Positions 14,941 through 28,869 of a DNA stretch of 64,000 bases are shown piece by piece. The first letter of the stretch is position 1. Each line of letters starts with the position of its first letter. The position numbers and the translations under genes are program-made. The DNA comes from Octopus sinensis (Eukaryota): assembly GCF_006345805.1 (NCBI RefSeq), contig NC_042998.1, positions 109,678,001-109,742,000 on the forward strand, written 5' to 3'. Below the pieces are notes generated by a model. The model saw only the letters and a program-made list of their open reading frames with translations, made no database searches and was not told where the DNA came from.

Positions 14941-16271
14941 TTTATATATATATATATTCATTTACACATGCATACACACGAGAACACACACACATATATA
15001 TAATTAAATTTCAATTATTAATTTATTTATATATTCATTTATCTATTTACTTTCTTATTTAATGTATTCATGTATGACAGGAACGATTTAAAATCTGACA
15101 AATAGATAAGTATAAAGCTTCGACAGTATTTCTAAGCAGAAGAATGGAATGTATTGAAAACATCGATGCAACAAACCGCAATGAACTTTAAGGTTTGAAC
15201 TTGAAAGAAGATTAAAAAACATTATTTTTAATTAGATTTGACTTTAACAAAACGAATATATAGTACATAACAACAAGAACAATAACAACAACAACAACAA
15301 CAACAACGATAGCAACAGTCATAACAATAACAACAACAAGGACGGCAACATTACCAATAAAACATTGGAAGCATATAAAAAAATTATAAAGGCTTCAAAA
15401 AAATATCTTGAAGCAAAAATACAATCAGTCTATTGGAAAATAAAATTTAAACAAAATTATAGACAGAAATGGTCTCTGGACTCTTTAAATAAAACAATTA
15501 TTTATAGTAAATGTATATGTCGTTTAGTTTGTTGTTGCTTAGTCCCCATAAATTGTGCCATATTTAGAAATCAGATTGCTAACAACAACAACAACAACAA
15601 CAAACAACAAAAATGAATGGAAGAATAACAAAAACGAAACAATGAGTTTATTTATTACATTTTATTGCTTTGCGAGTATGTATTTGTGTATATATTTGTG
15701 TAAGTATATATGTAAGTGTGCATGTGCATATGTTTGTCTGTCTCTTTGTATGTGTGTGTGAACGTATGTATGCATGTATGTATGTATGTATGTATGTATG
15801 TATGTATGTATGTATGTATGTATGTATCTATGCATGCATATATACATATATGTATCTATGCATATATGTATGTATTTACGTATGTATATATGTATGTATG
15901 TATCTGTTTGTGAGTATGAATATACCTATCTGTCTGTATATCTATATACATAATGCGTGCGCGTGGATGCTACGTATCTGGGGGATGTACTTATTCACAC
16001 AAACACATACACACACACGCACATATGTATACAATATAAACGATGCAAACAAATCACCGTACAAAACAACTATCAGTAAATAAACAGATAAGCCCAGATA
16101 TTTGATTTCGATATGTTTAACAAGAAAGAGAGCTCTTCATGAACATTATCTCAAATATATGTTTGTATCTATTAAAGCCTTCAATTATCATAGTTAATTA
16201 GTCAAAAATCGTTATTGTCACAGACACAGAAACTTTCATTATCAGGTCGGATTGCTACGTAGTGTAATAAT

Positions 16272-16325
<54 letters not shown>

Positions 16326-16481
16326 ATATATATATATTATGAGAGGTAATGGTGTCAATAAGACCCAAAGGTGTCAGGTAATGTTGAATAAGCGCTATGG
16401 ACAGACTACAGTTAAGCTCCAGGTTCGGTAATTATGCGAATAAGGAGTCCAACGTAGGCCATATATCAGCATGCGTATATG

Positions 16482-16601
16482 TATATAAAGTTTCAGAATG
16501 AGATAAAAATCCAAGGCTGTGAAAGATGTCAGACCTATTTATAAATGTTCTAAAATCTTTCACACCCTTTGATTTTTATCTCATTCTGAAAATTTTATAT
16601 A
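16482..16601. repeat. Imperfect hairpin (about 46-bp arms) in TA-rich context
   Basis: tatataaagtttcagaatgagataaaaatccaaggctgtgaaagat versus atctttcacaccctttgatttttatctcattctgaaaattttatata. Confidence 0.8.
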
Positions 16602-16799
16602 TATATATTATATACACACAAACGCACACAGTTAGTGCCACACATACACACTAACCATCCACACACTCATACTACCACGCACACACATACACACACATAC
16701 TAGCCATCTTCATACTCCCCTGTCCACCCTACCAAATCACTTCCTTTATTTCTTTCTACCTCCGGTCACTTCAACAATGTAATTACACGTGCGCCGTTG

Positions 16800-16965
16800 T
16801 CGATTTCTTCTCTATCTTTGAACTTTTCCTTTTCTCCTTTCCGACGAAGAGCTATGCTCGAAACGTTGCACTCACTCCTTTTACTCAGCGTCAAGCTTAT
16901 ACATTACTTATGCACGTCTTCCCGATCATTTTCTTCGTTTTTTTTATTTGAATTGTTTGTTTATT
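16800..16965 (+). mobile_element. Penelope-like terminal-repeat fragment with degenerate minimal hammerhead core
   Basis: cttt CCGACGA a gagc-tat-gctc GAAA cgtt at 16837-16867; the downstream sequence aligns by eye with the minus-strand copy at 29740-29875. Confidence 0.55.
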
Positions 16966-16984
16966 TGAATGGACTATCTTCTTT

Positions 16985-17326
16985 TTATTTCTTTCAGTCA
17001 TTTGACTGCGGCCATGTTAGAGCATTGCCTATAATCGAAGAAATCGACCCGAAGACTTATCGTTTGTAAGCTAAGTTACGGGGACATAAACATACCAACG
17101 TCGGTTGTCAAGCGACGGTGAAGAACAAACACAGACATGAAAACACACCCGCACACATACACACATATTTATATATGTACGACGAGCTTTCAGTTTACGT
17201 CTACCAAATCCACTAACAAGGCTTTGGTCGGCCTGAGGCTATAGCCAGACACTTGCCCAAGGTGCCACGCAGTGGGACTGAATCCAGAACCATAAGCAAG
17301 CTTCTTACCATACAGCCACGCCTGTG

Positions 17327-17328
<2 letters not shown>
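16985..17328 (-). mobile_element. tRNA-derived SINE family B (head, internal microsatellite, CR1-like tail)
   Basis: Tail tttcagtcatttgactgcggccatg...; head ...ctaccaaatccactaacaaggctttggtcggcc...gccacgcagtgggactgaatcc; reverse complement of the copy at 29258-29657. Confidence 0.85.
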
Positions 17329-17369
<41 letters not shown>

Positions 17370-17378
17370 ATACATACA

Positions 17379-17489
<111 letters not shown>

Positions 17490-17765
17490 ATATATATTAT
17501 ATATATATATATATATATACATATATATACATATATGTGTGTGTGTGTGTATTGTTGTGTGAGAGTTTATTAGTTTATTACCTATAGTTTAATGTTTGTG
17601 GATAACCTTTCTTTTCACGTAACGTGACATTTTTTTCCGTAATCTTAGTTTTAAGTAGCTGCAAATGTGATTTTTTAATACACTCCTTGATATTTTAAAA
17701 ATAAATCTATTCATATTTTGTAATTAATTGTCATATTCACTTGGTGTTTGCTTTCGTTGTTTCTA

Positions 17766-19034
17766 TTGGGTTGGCAACTAAGTTCCTGCGTTTTTTTTTT
17801 AAATTTTGGAATTTATTGCGTTTTTAAATTTTGGAAAGTAATTTTTTCGAGAATTCTATTTTTGAATCATTTTGGAATATATATATATTTTTTTCTAGTT
17901 AATTTCAGTTAGCTTTTGTCTATTTTGAGATCATTAAAATGGAATGTCAAGTTAAGAAAAACGAGCATTTTCGACACCTCTTTCTTTTTGCTTTTAATCA
18001 AGGTTCTAAGACTGCAAAAGCTGCTCGCAACATTTGTGCTGTGTATGGAGAGGGTGCCATAGCTGAAAGAACCACACTCGTGATTAGTAAGCCAGTTCAA
18101 AAATGGAAATTTTGACCTCAAAGGCGCACCTCGTTCTAGCCGTCCAGTTGAGTTCGATGAAGAGCGATTAAACCAACATTTGCACGAAAATTCTCGTCAA
18201 ACGACAAGAGAAAATGGAACGCTCCCACACTGCTATAGAGAAGCATCTTCACTTGACGGGAAAGATTCAGAAGTATGGATCCTGGGTTTCGCATGCTTTA
18301 AGTGACAACAACAAAATCAACGAGCCATAATCTCCGCTGGTTTGCTTACTCGTCACCGCTCAACTCATGGACACAAGCAACGATTTCTTTACCGAATCGT
18401 TACTGGCGACGAAAAGTGGTGCCTGTGCATCAATATAAAGCAGCCTAAAGAATGGCTTAGCCCCGGTAAACAAGCGACACCGCGCACGAAACAAGATCTC
18501 CATCTGCGTAAAACGAAGTTGTGCGTATGGTGGGACTGGGAAGGGATTATCCATTACGAATTGCTTGAACAGAACTAAACGGTCAACGCGGTACTCTCTG
18601 TTCAACACGGCCATTCAAGAGAAAAGACCTAATTGGAAGCATGGAGTTCTTCTGCTGCACGACAACGCCCGTTCTCATATTGCCAATATGACCAAGGAAG
18701 CCAGTTAAACGCATGGCTGGGGAGTGCTGCCACACCCACCGTACTCTCCTGATTTGGCACCAACGGATTTCCATCTCTTTCTATCTCTTTCAAATGCTAT
18801 GCGCGGAGTTTCGTTAAATACTGATGCAGGATTGAGAGCTTGGTTGGATCAATTTTTCGAGTCGAAATCAGGTGATTTCTACCAACGAGTTATTGAAAAT
18901 CTTGTAGAACGTTGGGAGGAAGTTGTAAACAATAAGTGTGAATACATTATTGATTAATTAGTTGTTATTTTATTAAACCTTTTAAAAAACTCAAATTAAA
19001 AAAAAAAACGGCCGGAACTTAGTTGCCAACCCAA
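17766..19034 (+). mobile_element. Full-length but inactive mariner transposon
   Basis: TIRs ttgggttggcaactaagttcc and ggaacttagttgccaacccaa; TA TSD at 17764-17765 and 19035-19036; about 1.27 kb. Confidence 0.95.
17939..18957 (+). pseudogene. Mariner (DD34D-type) transposase pseudogene
   Basis: MECQVKKNEHFRH start, WVSHAL, RIVTGDEKW, LCVWWD, LLHDNARSH, HPPYSPDLAPTDFHLF; several frameshifts and stops. Confidence 0.9.
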
Positions 19035-19437
19035 TATAATAGCTTGTGCCATGGTTATATATACATACAAACATACATATACATACATAAAAACATACAT
19101 ACATACATACATACACACATACATGCATATACGTGTGTGCGTGTGGGTGTGCTTGAGCGCGAGCGTGCATAAGTATATATTTATATATGCATACACGCAC
19201 ACACTCACATGCTCACACGCGCTTAAAATACACTTACACGCCCATGTTCATTACTTCTTTTACTAGTATCAGTCGTTGATTTTCGGTTATTCTCGGGTAT
19301 TTTCTTCAAAAGCATAATCGATTTTGTCGACCACAGTAATTTTATTTTAGTCCTATAGTTATTCCAAAAACTTCTATTTGTTAAGCAGTAGGCACACAAC
19401 ATTAACCAAGTCGGTTTTTAGACCTACATAAACACAA

Positions 19438-19447
<10 letters not shown>

Positions 19448-19530
<83 letters not shown>
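19448..19530. repeat. (AG)n microsatellite
   Basis: Seen directly. Confidence 0.95.
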
Positions 19531-19532
<2 letters not shown>

Positions 19533-19927
19533 CTGGAACAGAGCATCCCAACGAGGGTACAACAATCATTCGAAACTATTCGAATTGTTCCAGAATTTTT
19601 TCCAGAGAAACTTGAGTCTATTCACACAGCAAAATTATACGTATCTAATATACAGTGATAGGAAAGGACCGGTATGCAAATGAATAAAATGCTACTCGTT
19701 CATTCTTAGTGATTAATAACGATAATGAAATCCCATAATTTCATAAATACGTGCATCAAAAATACTACCTGGTTAAGTTGCATAAATGAAATTGGGTGTT
19801 TGGTGCTGTGCAAAGGGGTGGAAAAAATACTGCCTAATTTTCGAACGTACGTGCAAGACAGTTTGGTCTGATATAATTTGGTTCATTATACAATTTGCTC
19901 CATTATAATACAATAGATATTACCACA

Positions 19928-20834
19928 AAGAATTTATACAAAATTTTAAGGGAATGACCAACCATTCCATCAATTATCTTCTGTCTTGTAGTGTGTATAT
20001 AAGAAATGTTTGCTACTTTTAGAAGTTGGTTGGTGGGGGAGAGCATTGTGGAATCAAAAGGATTTTTTTGTTTCTGGGCTAGTCTTTCATGGTTCAGTGG
20101 TTTTTTGGGACTGGTCTTAGAGTTCAAAATGGTGTGAGTGTATGTGTGAGTCTCTGTGCACGGTTTTATGTGTGTGTGCATATATATGTGCTTGTGTTTG
20201 TGTGTGGGGGTTCTTTTTAATTGGTCTTAGAGTTCAGTGTGGCGTGTGCATGGGTCTGTGTATGCGTGTGTTTTATATTTAACAGGATGGTGCGTGTATA
20301 TGCATGCACGTTTGTGTGTGTGTATGATTTGTATTTGTCAGGGTGTTGTGTGTGCGCATGTGTGTGTATGTGTTTGTTCGCGTGTGTGTATGTGAGTGTC
20401 TGTGTGTTTGCGTGTGTATGTTTGTGTGTGTTGTGTTGGTGGGATGTTATGTGTGAGTACATGAGTATGTGTTTGTGCGTCTCTGTTTGAGTGTGTTTGT
20501 GATGTTATAATTGTCCGGGTGGTGGTGCGTGTGTGCAACCGTATGTGTGTGAGGATGCATATGTATGTGTGTGTGGGTGTGTATCTGTGTGTGAATATAT
20601 TGTATTTACCAGGTTTCTGTGTGTGAGTGTGTTACGTTTATCTGGGTGGTGTGTATGTGTGCGCGTGTACGTACTGTGCATGTATGTACTGAGTACGCGT
20701 TTGTGTGTGTATATGTGGGTGTGGTTTATGTAGTTTTCGGGTGTGTGTGCTATATTTGTTGTGGTGAAGTGTGTCTGTGTATACGTGTGAGTGCAAGTGT
20801 GTATGTGGTGCTTGCATATGTACACACACACACA

Positions 20835-20865
<31 letters not shown>

Positions 20866-21702
20866 CGAAAACTACATAAACCACACCCACATACATACAC
20901 ACACACAAACGCATATTCAGTACAAAGATGCACAGTACGTACACGCACACACATACGCACCACCTGGATAAATGTAACACACATGGACACACACAAAACT
21001 CTTGATAAATACAACAAACTCACACACACATACATATGCACCCTCAAACACACATGCGGCTGCACACACACGCACACACGCACACGCACCACTCGGACAA
21101 TTATAACAACACAGACACACTCAAACAGAGACACGCACACATATTTACATACACACACATTACATCCCAACCAACACGACAAACACAAACATACGTACGC
21201 ACACACACAGACGCACACATACACACACGCGAACAAACACATACACACACATGCACACACACACACAGCACCCTGACAAATACAAATCATACACATACAC
21301 ACACACACACAAACGTGCACATATATACACGCACCATCCTGCTAAATATAAAACACACGCATACACAGACCCATGCACACACCACACTGAACTCTAAGAC
21401 CAATCAACCCCCCCCCCCACACAAACACAAGCGCATATATATACACACACATAGAAACGTGCACAGAGGCTCACACACACACTCACACCATTTTGAACTC
21501 TAAGACCAGTCCCCAAATCCACTGAACCATGACAGACTAGCCCAGAAACAAAAAGATCCTTTTGATTCCACAATGCTCTCCCCCACCAACCAACCCCCCC
21601 ACGCTATCTCTAAAAATAACAAACATTTCTTTTATATACAATACAAGACAGAAGATAATGGATGGAAAATTGGCCATTCCCTTAAAATTCTGTGTAAATT
21701 CT
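19928..21702. repeat. Large inverted duplication or foldback (arms about 810-840 bp, spacer about 125 bp)
   Basis: Left arm 19928-20739 (aagaatttatacaaaattttaagggaatg...gtggtttatgtagttttcg) mirrors right arm 20866-21702 (cgaaaactacataaaccac...cccttaaaattctgtgtaaattctt). Unique blocks such as gagagcattgtggaatcaaaagg and ccttttgattccacaatgctctc match. Confidence 0.9.
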
Positions 21703-22000
21703 TAAATATAATTCCTTCTGTATATACACTTCTATAAAACCATGAATTTTGATGAACTTAAAATAATTAAAATTTATTTTATTACCTATTTTGAACACTT
21801 TCATGTAAACTATTTAAACAAAAAATATTTTCCTAACATTTTCTTATCATTATCAAAAAGCTTTACATATTACTTTTGATAATCTGTTTTTAAAAATGTG
21901 AAACTAGTCAAGTCAATATACATCTCTAAATGACTTCTGCATTTTCAAATCCTCTTCCCTATATACTCGTGCGGTACCTTGCAACTTTGTTATATATATA

Positions 22001-22031
<31 letters not shown>

Positions 22032-22234
22032 ACAAAGTAGAGTATATTTATTTTATTTTCATTTATTTATCTAGTTTCAGCTCACAAGCTGTGGCCATGC
22101 TGGGGCACCGCCATTTATATATATATATTTAAATATATATATATTTAATGTAGGATAAAATTTTTTCGAAGAAAAAATTTATCAATGGCCAGCATATTAA
22201 AAAATACCTTTAAAGGTTAAAATTATAAACAGCT

Positions 22235-22267
<33 letters not shown>

Positions 22268-22353
22268 TAATATATATATATATATACACACATAAATGTA
22301 TATATTATATATATATACACATAAATGTATATATACATATATATATATACATA

Positions 22354-22387
<34 letters not shown>

Positions 22388-22575
22388 ACATATATATATA
22401 TATATATTATATATACATATTATATATATATATATATACTCTTGTGTGAATATAACCCACGTACATATTATATGTTACTTTTCTCAGTCTATACGAACAC
22501 ACTTCATATTTTGTTTTGTACTTGATTCTTGCCACTAATTCTTAATATCAATGTATATATATATATATATATATA

Positions 22576-22609
<34 letters not shown>

Positions 22610-23029
22610 CAAATATATATATATATATATGCATACATACATATATATATATATATAATACACACACACACACATATATATATATGTATATACATACATG
22701 CATACATACACACACACATATACATATATATATATATAAATACATACAAGCATATATACATATATGCAAGAAGGACATACATACATATTTATTTAGTTTT
22801 AGAGACTCACCAAAGTTTGAAGTCATTATTAGCTTATTCTTTGTAGCAATATATATATAGAACTGTATAATTAATATAGATATATATATATATGCACACA
22901 CATACGCACACACACACACACACATATACGTATGGATGCATTAGAAATTATTGAGTGAACCTTCAGTTTAATGTTAAATTATTTTTACATTAAAAAAAAG
23001 TAAAGCACATGTTTGTCTTGGAAATTACT

Positions 23030-23325
23030 TGGGGACCCTGCCAGTGCTCATGTCACGTAAAAAGTAAAAGGCAGCTAGTTCACACTGTAAAGTGCTTGAC
23101 GTATGGAAGGGCATCTAACTGTAAAATCCATGCCAAAACTGACTTTGCTTGTGCTGGTGCCACATAAAAAAGCAGTCAGTTCACTTTTTTGAGTTGTTGG
23201 TGTTAAAAAGGGCAACCAGCCATAAAAACCACATCCAAACGTACAGTGAAGTACAGTGCAGTCTTCTGCTTTGCCATCTCCTGTCAAACCTTCCAACCCA
23301 TGTCAGCATGGAAAGCGGACGTAAA

Positions 23326-23365
<40 letters not shown>
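23030..23365 (+). mobile_element. SINE fragment with RTE-type 3' end and (GAT)n tail
   Basis: ggaagggcatctaactgtaaaatccatgccaaa ... ctcctgtcaaaccttccaacccatgtcagcatggaaagcggacgtaaaat followed by (gat)n. Confidence 0.65.
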
Positions 23366-23366
<1 letters not shown>

Positions 23367-23489
23367 AAATATATGTGTATGTATATGCAAGTGGTTGACT
23401 TTCTGCAAAATTAAAGGATGGCATAATATATTTTATCCATAAAGAAGGCAGATAAGTGGCTGCTAAATATTTTAGGCCCGTCTCTTTAA

Positions 23490-24420
23490 CCTCAAGTCAA
23501 AAAAAGTCATCGAACGAGTTGTCACGAAGAAGCTGATCACGGGATGAAATACCACAAGCTACGAAGACACGGCACAGTCAATAAACTAGGGTAGTGGTTA
23601 CATGTGTTCTTAAAAGACTGACCCCAGGTTGTGGCAGTCAATGAGGTCCTGACCAAAGAGGCAGTACTTGCGAGTGAAGGGTCACAGGGAACTGCCTTGG
23701 GACCGCTGCTGTTCGTGTTGGTTCTCTTGGACATGCCGTTAGTTACACATACAGCCATATTTACAAGCTATACCGACTATACCAAAGTAGGACAAGTAGT
23801 CAAGGACCATGCTAATCCTCGACAGAACAAGAAACCAGGAAACCATGTTGGTCCTATGGAGGACATTTATCCGCCGTCTGGCCTACTGCTTTCAAAACTA
23901 GTCATCTGAGTGTCAAATTAATATTAGCACTTGAGTTAGTTCAGTGGTGCTAAGCTATGAAGAAGATTGCATCAATGAAACAGTTGAGTTACTCGAAGAA
24001 ACTAAAATAATTACGGCTCTACTCCCTGGGGCGAAGATGGGAAAGATAAGCGGTAATATACATATGGAAGATCCTAGAGTGCTTGGCATCGAAAATTATA
24101 CCAGTCTTCGAAAGTAGATTTCTGCACTGTTCCTAAGGTCTCATCCATGTCATAGTTTTAGAAACAGGTAGTGCAATAGCTTAGGATTCAAAGGCAGACA
24201 GCTATTTAATATCGTGTCAAAAAGCCTGAAAGAGATGCATGGAGTGGGGGATAGATATTTTCAAGAAGCACCTTGATCTTCTACTGTCTAAGATCCCAGA
24301 TGAACCTTCATTACGGCAAGAAACTCAAAAGCTAACAGCCAATCACGTGAGGGTCGCCATGTGATGATATTGGTGGTGCTCTCAGCACAGCCTTTGGGCT
24401 GAAACGCTTAGAAGAATAAA
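23490..24420 (+). mobile_element. Old CR1/L2-group LINE 3' fragment
   Basis: ORF 23631-23909 contains SEGSQGTALGPLLFVLVLLDMP...FTSYTDYTKV (decayed QG..LGPLLF and YADD). Downstream LRLYSLGRR..IYIWKIL, GFKGRQLFN and FKKHLDLLLSKIPDEP remnants lead to a 3' tail at about 24372-24420. Confidence 0.8.
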
Positions 24421-24639
24421 AGATTGTTGATGATGCTCATATGTGGATATATATGCTTTCATAAAACATACACGTACGTAACTATAAATTATATATATGA
24501 GCATGTATTATTATGTTCTATTCTTCTTGCTCACATTATGTATATAAGCAAACTCACACATACACTCAAACACAACAAACATATAAACACTTGTACGCAC
24601 ACACACACACACACATACACACACACATATATATATATC

Positions 24640-24671
<32 letters not shown>

Positions 24672-24786
24672 TGTGTGTATACGTACATACATACATACAT
24701 ACATACATTCTTTTCTGTTTAGAGAGCATGTCATCTCTTTAGATAAATTCAACTGGAAAGGACATCAGAATCAGCAGTAATAAAAG

Positions 24787-25530
24787 GTGTATGATACAGC
24801 TGTGTGTTATCCCCATATCAATTTTAATATTGGGAGAGTCAAATGTGACAGAATCAACCTAAACAATATAAGATATGTTGATCATACAGCGTTAATGGTA
24901 GACAGCAATGAAAAATCAAAAGATATTGTTGATGCAAAAGAGCAAAGTGACAAGAAAGATCTAAATATGAATGCAAAAATGACAAAAAGAATGGTTATTA
25001 GTAATACAGAACGAAAGGAAGTAAATATAGAACCAAAAGGTCACAAGCTTGAGCAAGTAAAAAACGTCAAGCATTTTCTATAAAATATAAACTTGGAAGA
25101 TCGCAGGAAAGAAGTTACTCATGAAATGAATAAAACTAAAATCTTCAGCTCAAAAGACAACGCTGTGTCTAAAACTGAGATTAATAAATGGTAAGGCCAA
25201 TTGTCCTATATGGGGCAGAAACAAGTCAGGAGAAAAAGCTAGAAACGATTGAGATATAGATCTTTCGAAGACTGGGCAGGATAAGCTAAAAATGCTGCAG
25301 TACAAGAAAAGCTAATAATTCAAATATCCCCATTGTCATGTTTAAAAAGCTGTCATGTTTTGGACAGGAAGTGTTGAAGGGAAGAGAGCTAGAAACCATC
25401 AAACACATTTGTGGAATAACGGCATATAAAAATGAATTGGAATCAAGAACGTCGTGGCTGATTGGTGATTGTATGGTAGAGGTGAGTCTTAGCAAGCCGT
25501 CCCTTGCATACAGGGAGGCACCTACCTGAT
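24787..25530 (+). mobile_element. Old RTE-clade LINE 3' fragment
   Basis: INLNNIRYVDHTALMVDS...LNMNAKMTKRMVI...KLEQVKN is a decayed RTE RT (NNLRYADDT..L..N..KTK); remnants continue to about 25530. Confidence 0.75.
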
Positions 25531-25681
25531 GGTGTATATGTATACATACATACATACGTACGTACGCGTGTATGTGCATCTGATTGTGTATGCACACGCG
25601 GGAGTAAGTATAGATATATATGTGAATACATGAATTATATGTAAATTTCTCTCGCCCTCCTTTCTCCCTTTCTCTCTCCAT

Positions 25682-25749
<68 letters not shown>

Positions 25750-26255
25750 GTATATGTACAATCTTTTAAATATTAATCTATTTCTGATTTCGTATTGAAA
25801 TAGAAGGAATCTGCAATAGAATTCATGATGAGATTCTTTTTAATTAATTAGAAATGTTTGCAAAACATTATTGACAATTGTTTGCCAATATGAACTATTC
25901 CTTCCTAGTGGATAAATCCCTAATTCTGTTCCATGTTAGCATTACATTTCCCTTGCAGATTTACTAGTCGATAATTCCCTTTACATTTGGCAGCTATTAA
26001 AACGAAATCGATGTGGAATTTCAAAATGTTGCTTGAAATAAAGAAATTTTATAAATATAAATAGAATATAAAAAGTAATTTCTACGTAATGTTAAAATAC
26101 ACACTATTGCTCTTTTTCTATCTTTATGTACATAGAGACCGGTATACAAACACATACATTGAAGAACACATATGAACAAAGAAACATACGTACGGACAGA
26201 CACACATATATATCTACAATTATAAACATACACACACACATATTCGTTTGTATTC

Positions 26256-26345
<90 letters not shown>

Positions 26346-26516
26346 TTATATTTATGAAGATATGTATATTACGCACTTGTATATATATGTGTGTCTGTGT
26401 GTGTTTGTATGTATACATATGTACTGATATAGATATATTCATATACATATATACACACATATATATATAATATATATATATAATATAATATGCATAAACA
26501 AATAAATGATATATAT

Positions 26517-26570
<54 letters not shown>

Positions 26571-27753
26571 CATACGTACATATATGTATATAAGTACAAA
26601 TTTGTAACTTGAAATATGTTTAAGTATTTTAAGATTCCATTTTTCGCGAGAAAAAAAAGGCAAACGAATTGTTTCATAAAATATATTTTATTAAATATCA
26701 ATAAATTATGTGGATTATTATTTTCTTCAAAATTTTATACTTTTAAATAATTTTAGATCTTTATTCCTTTTAAATCATGGCTTTAATAATAATTTGACAG
26801 TCAGGAGAATACAATTTTAATAATGAAATCTATTTGTAAATTCTGTATTTGTGATTTGTTGTATTAGTTAAATTATGTAGTTTCTCTGTCGTCACTCACC
26901 ACCGAAATACAGAAATTTTCTGCTTGTCTAATGCTGTCAAAATAATTGAAGAAAACGTATAACGAAGCTGGTTTGGTTAAATCCATAAACAATAGATTCA
27001 TAATTTGTTTACGTGATATATGTATGTATGCATACATGTATGCGTGTATATATGTGTATATATGTATATATGTATCAGTGTATATATATATGCACACATA
27101 CATTTATTTATAAATACGTAATACATACACACACACTCACACACACACATGTATAACTACTTATATACATGAGAATAAATATGTTTATTATATCAAAAGT
27201 AGATAGCCTACTCGGAGTTTCGCGCCGATATGACCTGTACTGGAACAAAATAAAACCATATATATATATATATATATATACATATACACACACACACACA
27301 CACTTACACACATCCACACACGCACAAATACACATTTTATATACATAAATACCCACACATACAAAGCATCTAATTTCTAAAGAGACAGATTCACCTGCAT
27401 CAGTGCAGATGCCTGCATTTACATATATGCACATTCTAATCCAGTCACATATTTGCAAAATCCGGGAAATATCTTTACTCGAAAATGCTTGTCACTTTGC
27501 TAGTTATCGACTTGAATTCCATGAAAAAGAACTTAAATAAATTGCGAAGAAAAGACACACACACACACACACACTAAACGGCATCGCCACGTGACGGAAT
27601 ATATGATTTGCGCCATCATGAACAGCATTCTTTATGTAAATAACAAAGCCTAATGAAACACTATTACATGAACATCCCAGGTTACATCACAAATGATAAA
27701 AACTGCATTTTCTAATATTATATATGTTATGTTTAGCTTGTGAAGCAAACTCA

Positions 27754-27786
<33 letters not shown>

Positions 27787-28315
27787 GGTTATTCAAAAAG
27801 AATGAACCAATTTCATTACGCAATATTTTAGTAAGGAAAAGCAACAGAAGACTCCAGTTAAGTCAATCAACTTTTATTTCCTGTCTTACAAGTGTTCAAT
27901 GTGGCCACCACTTGCAGCACGGCCAACATCAATGCGATAAGAGAATTCCTCCCAGACGCATATCAGCATATCACAATCCACTGGGTTGATCACTGTTGTT
28001 ATTCGATGTTTAAGCTTATCGAGGTTAGTGGGTACCGGTGGAACATAAACGTGATCTTTTACATATCGTCACAAGAAAAAATAACACAACAGCGATCAAC
28101 TCAGTGGATCGTGGTATACTGATACGCATTTGGGAGGAATTCTCTTATCGCATTGATGTTGGCCGTGTTGCAGGTGGTGGCCACATTAAACACTTGATAG
28201 ACAGGAAATAAAAGTTAATTGTGAGTAAATACTTGTGACTTAGCTGGAGTTTTCTATTACTTTTCCTTATTAAGATATTGCGTAGTGAAATCAGTTCATT
28301 CATTTTGAATAACCC
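27787..28315. mobile_element. Tc1/mariner-derived foldback element with about 210-230-bp inverted arms
   Basis: ggttattcaaaaagaatgaacc...gttgatcactgttg mirrors caacagcgatcaac...gttcattcattttgaataaccc. TA follows the right end and a (TA)n tract precedes the left end. Each arm encodes a transposase-like C-terminus (WEEFSYRIDVGRVAGGGHIKHL). Confidence 0.8.
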
Positions 28316-28448
28316 TAACAGCCGAAATTTGCTATGATGATTCGGTGTCTGACTGAAGATTGAAGGCTTCGAATGATTTGTCTGTGTTCCGTGTTCGTCC
28401 CTTCCTGTATTTCACGTTCTTTATATATAAAAACATTTATTCTTATAT

Positions 28449-28495
<47 letters not shown>

Positions 28496-28669
28496 ATATA
28501 TGCAAAACACAAGGTACTACATAGCACGTGCGTCGGCTAAAAGCAGAAGTCAAAAATACTCCTATTCCACGGAAAAGGAGTGACAAACGAAAGAAGTGTA
28601 TGGTGTGTGTATGCATATATGATACGTATATATAAGTATGTATATATATGTGATATATATACATATATA

Positions 28670-28710
<41 letters not shown>

Positions 28711-28771
28711 TATATATATATATATATATATATATATCTATATATATATATATAAGATATATATATATATA

Positions 28772-28857
<86 letters not shown>

Positions 28858-28869
28858 ATATATATGTGT

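Noticed and set aside
27392-27409. 18-nt minus-strand micro-exon candidate (cag|gcatctgcactgatgcag|gtgaat)
   Set aside because: The acceptor lacks a pyrimidine tract and the donor is weak.
28345-28385. ctgaaga...cgaa as a hammerhead relic
   Set aside because: GAAA is incomplete and no stems are supported.
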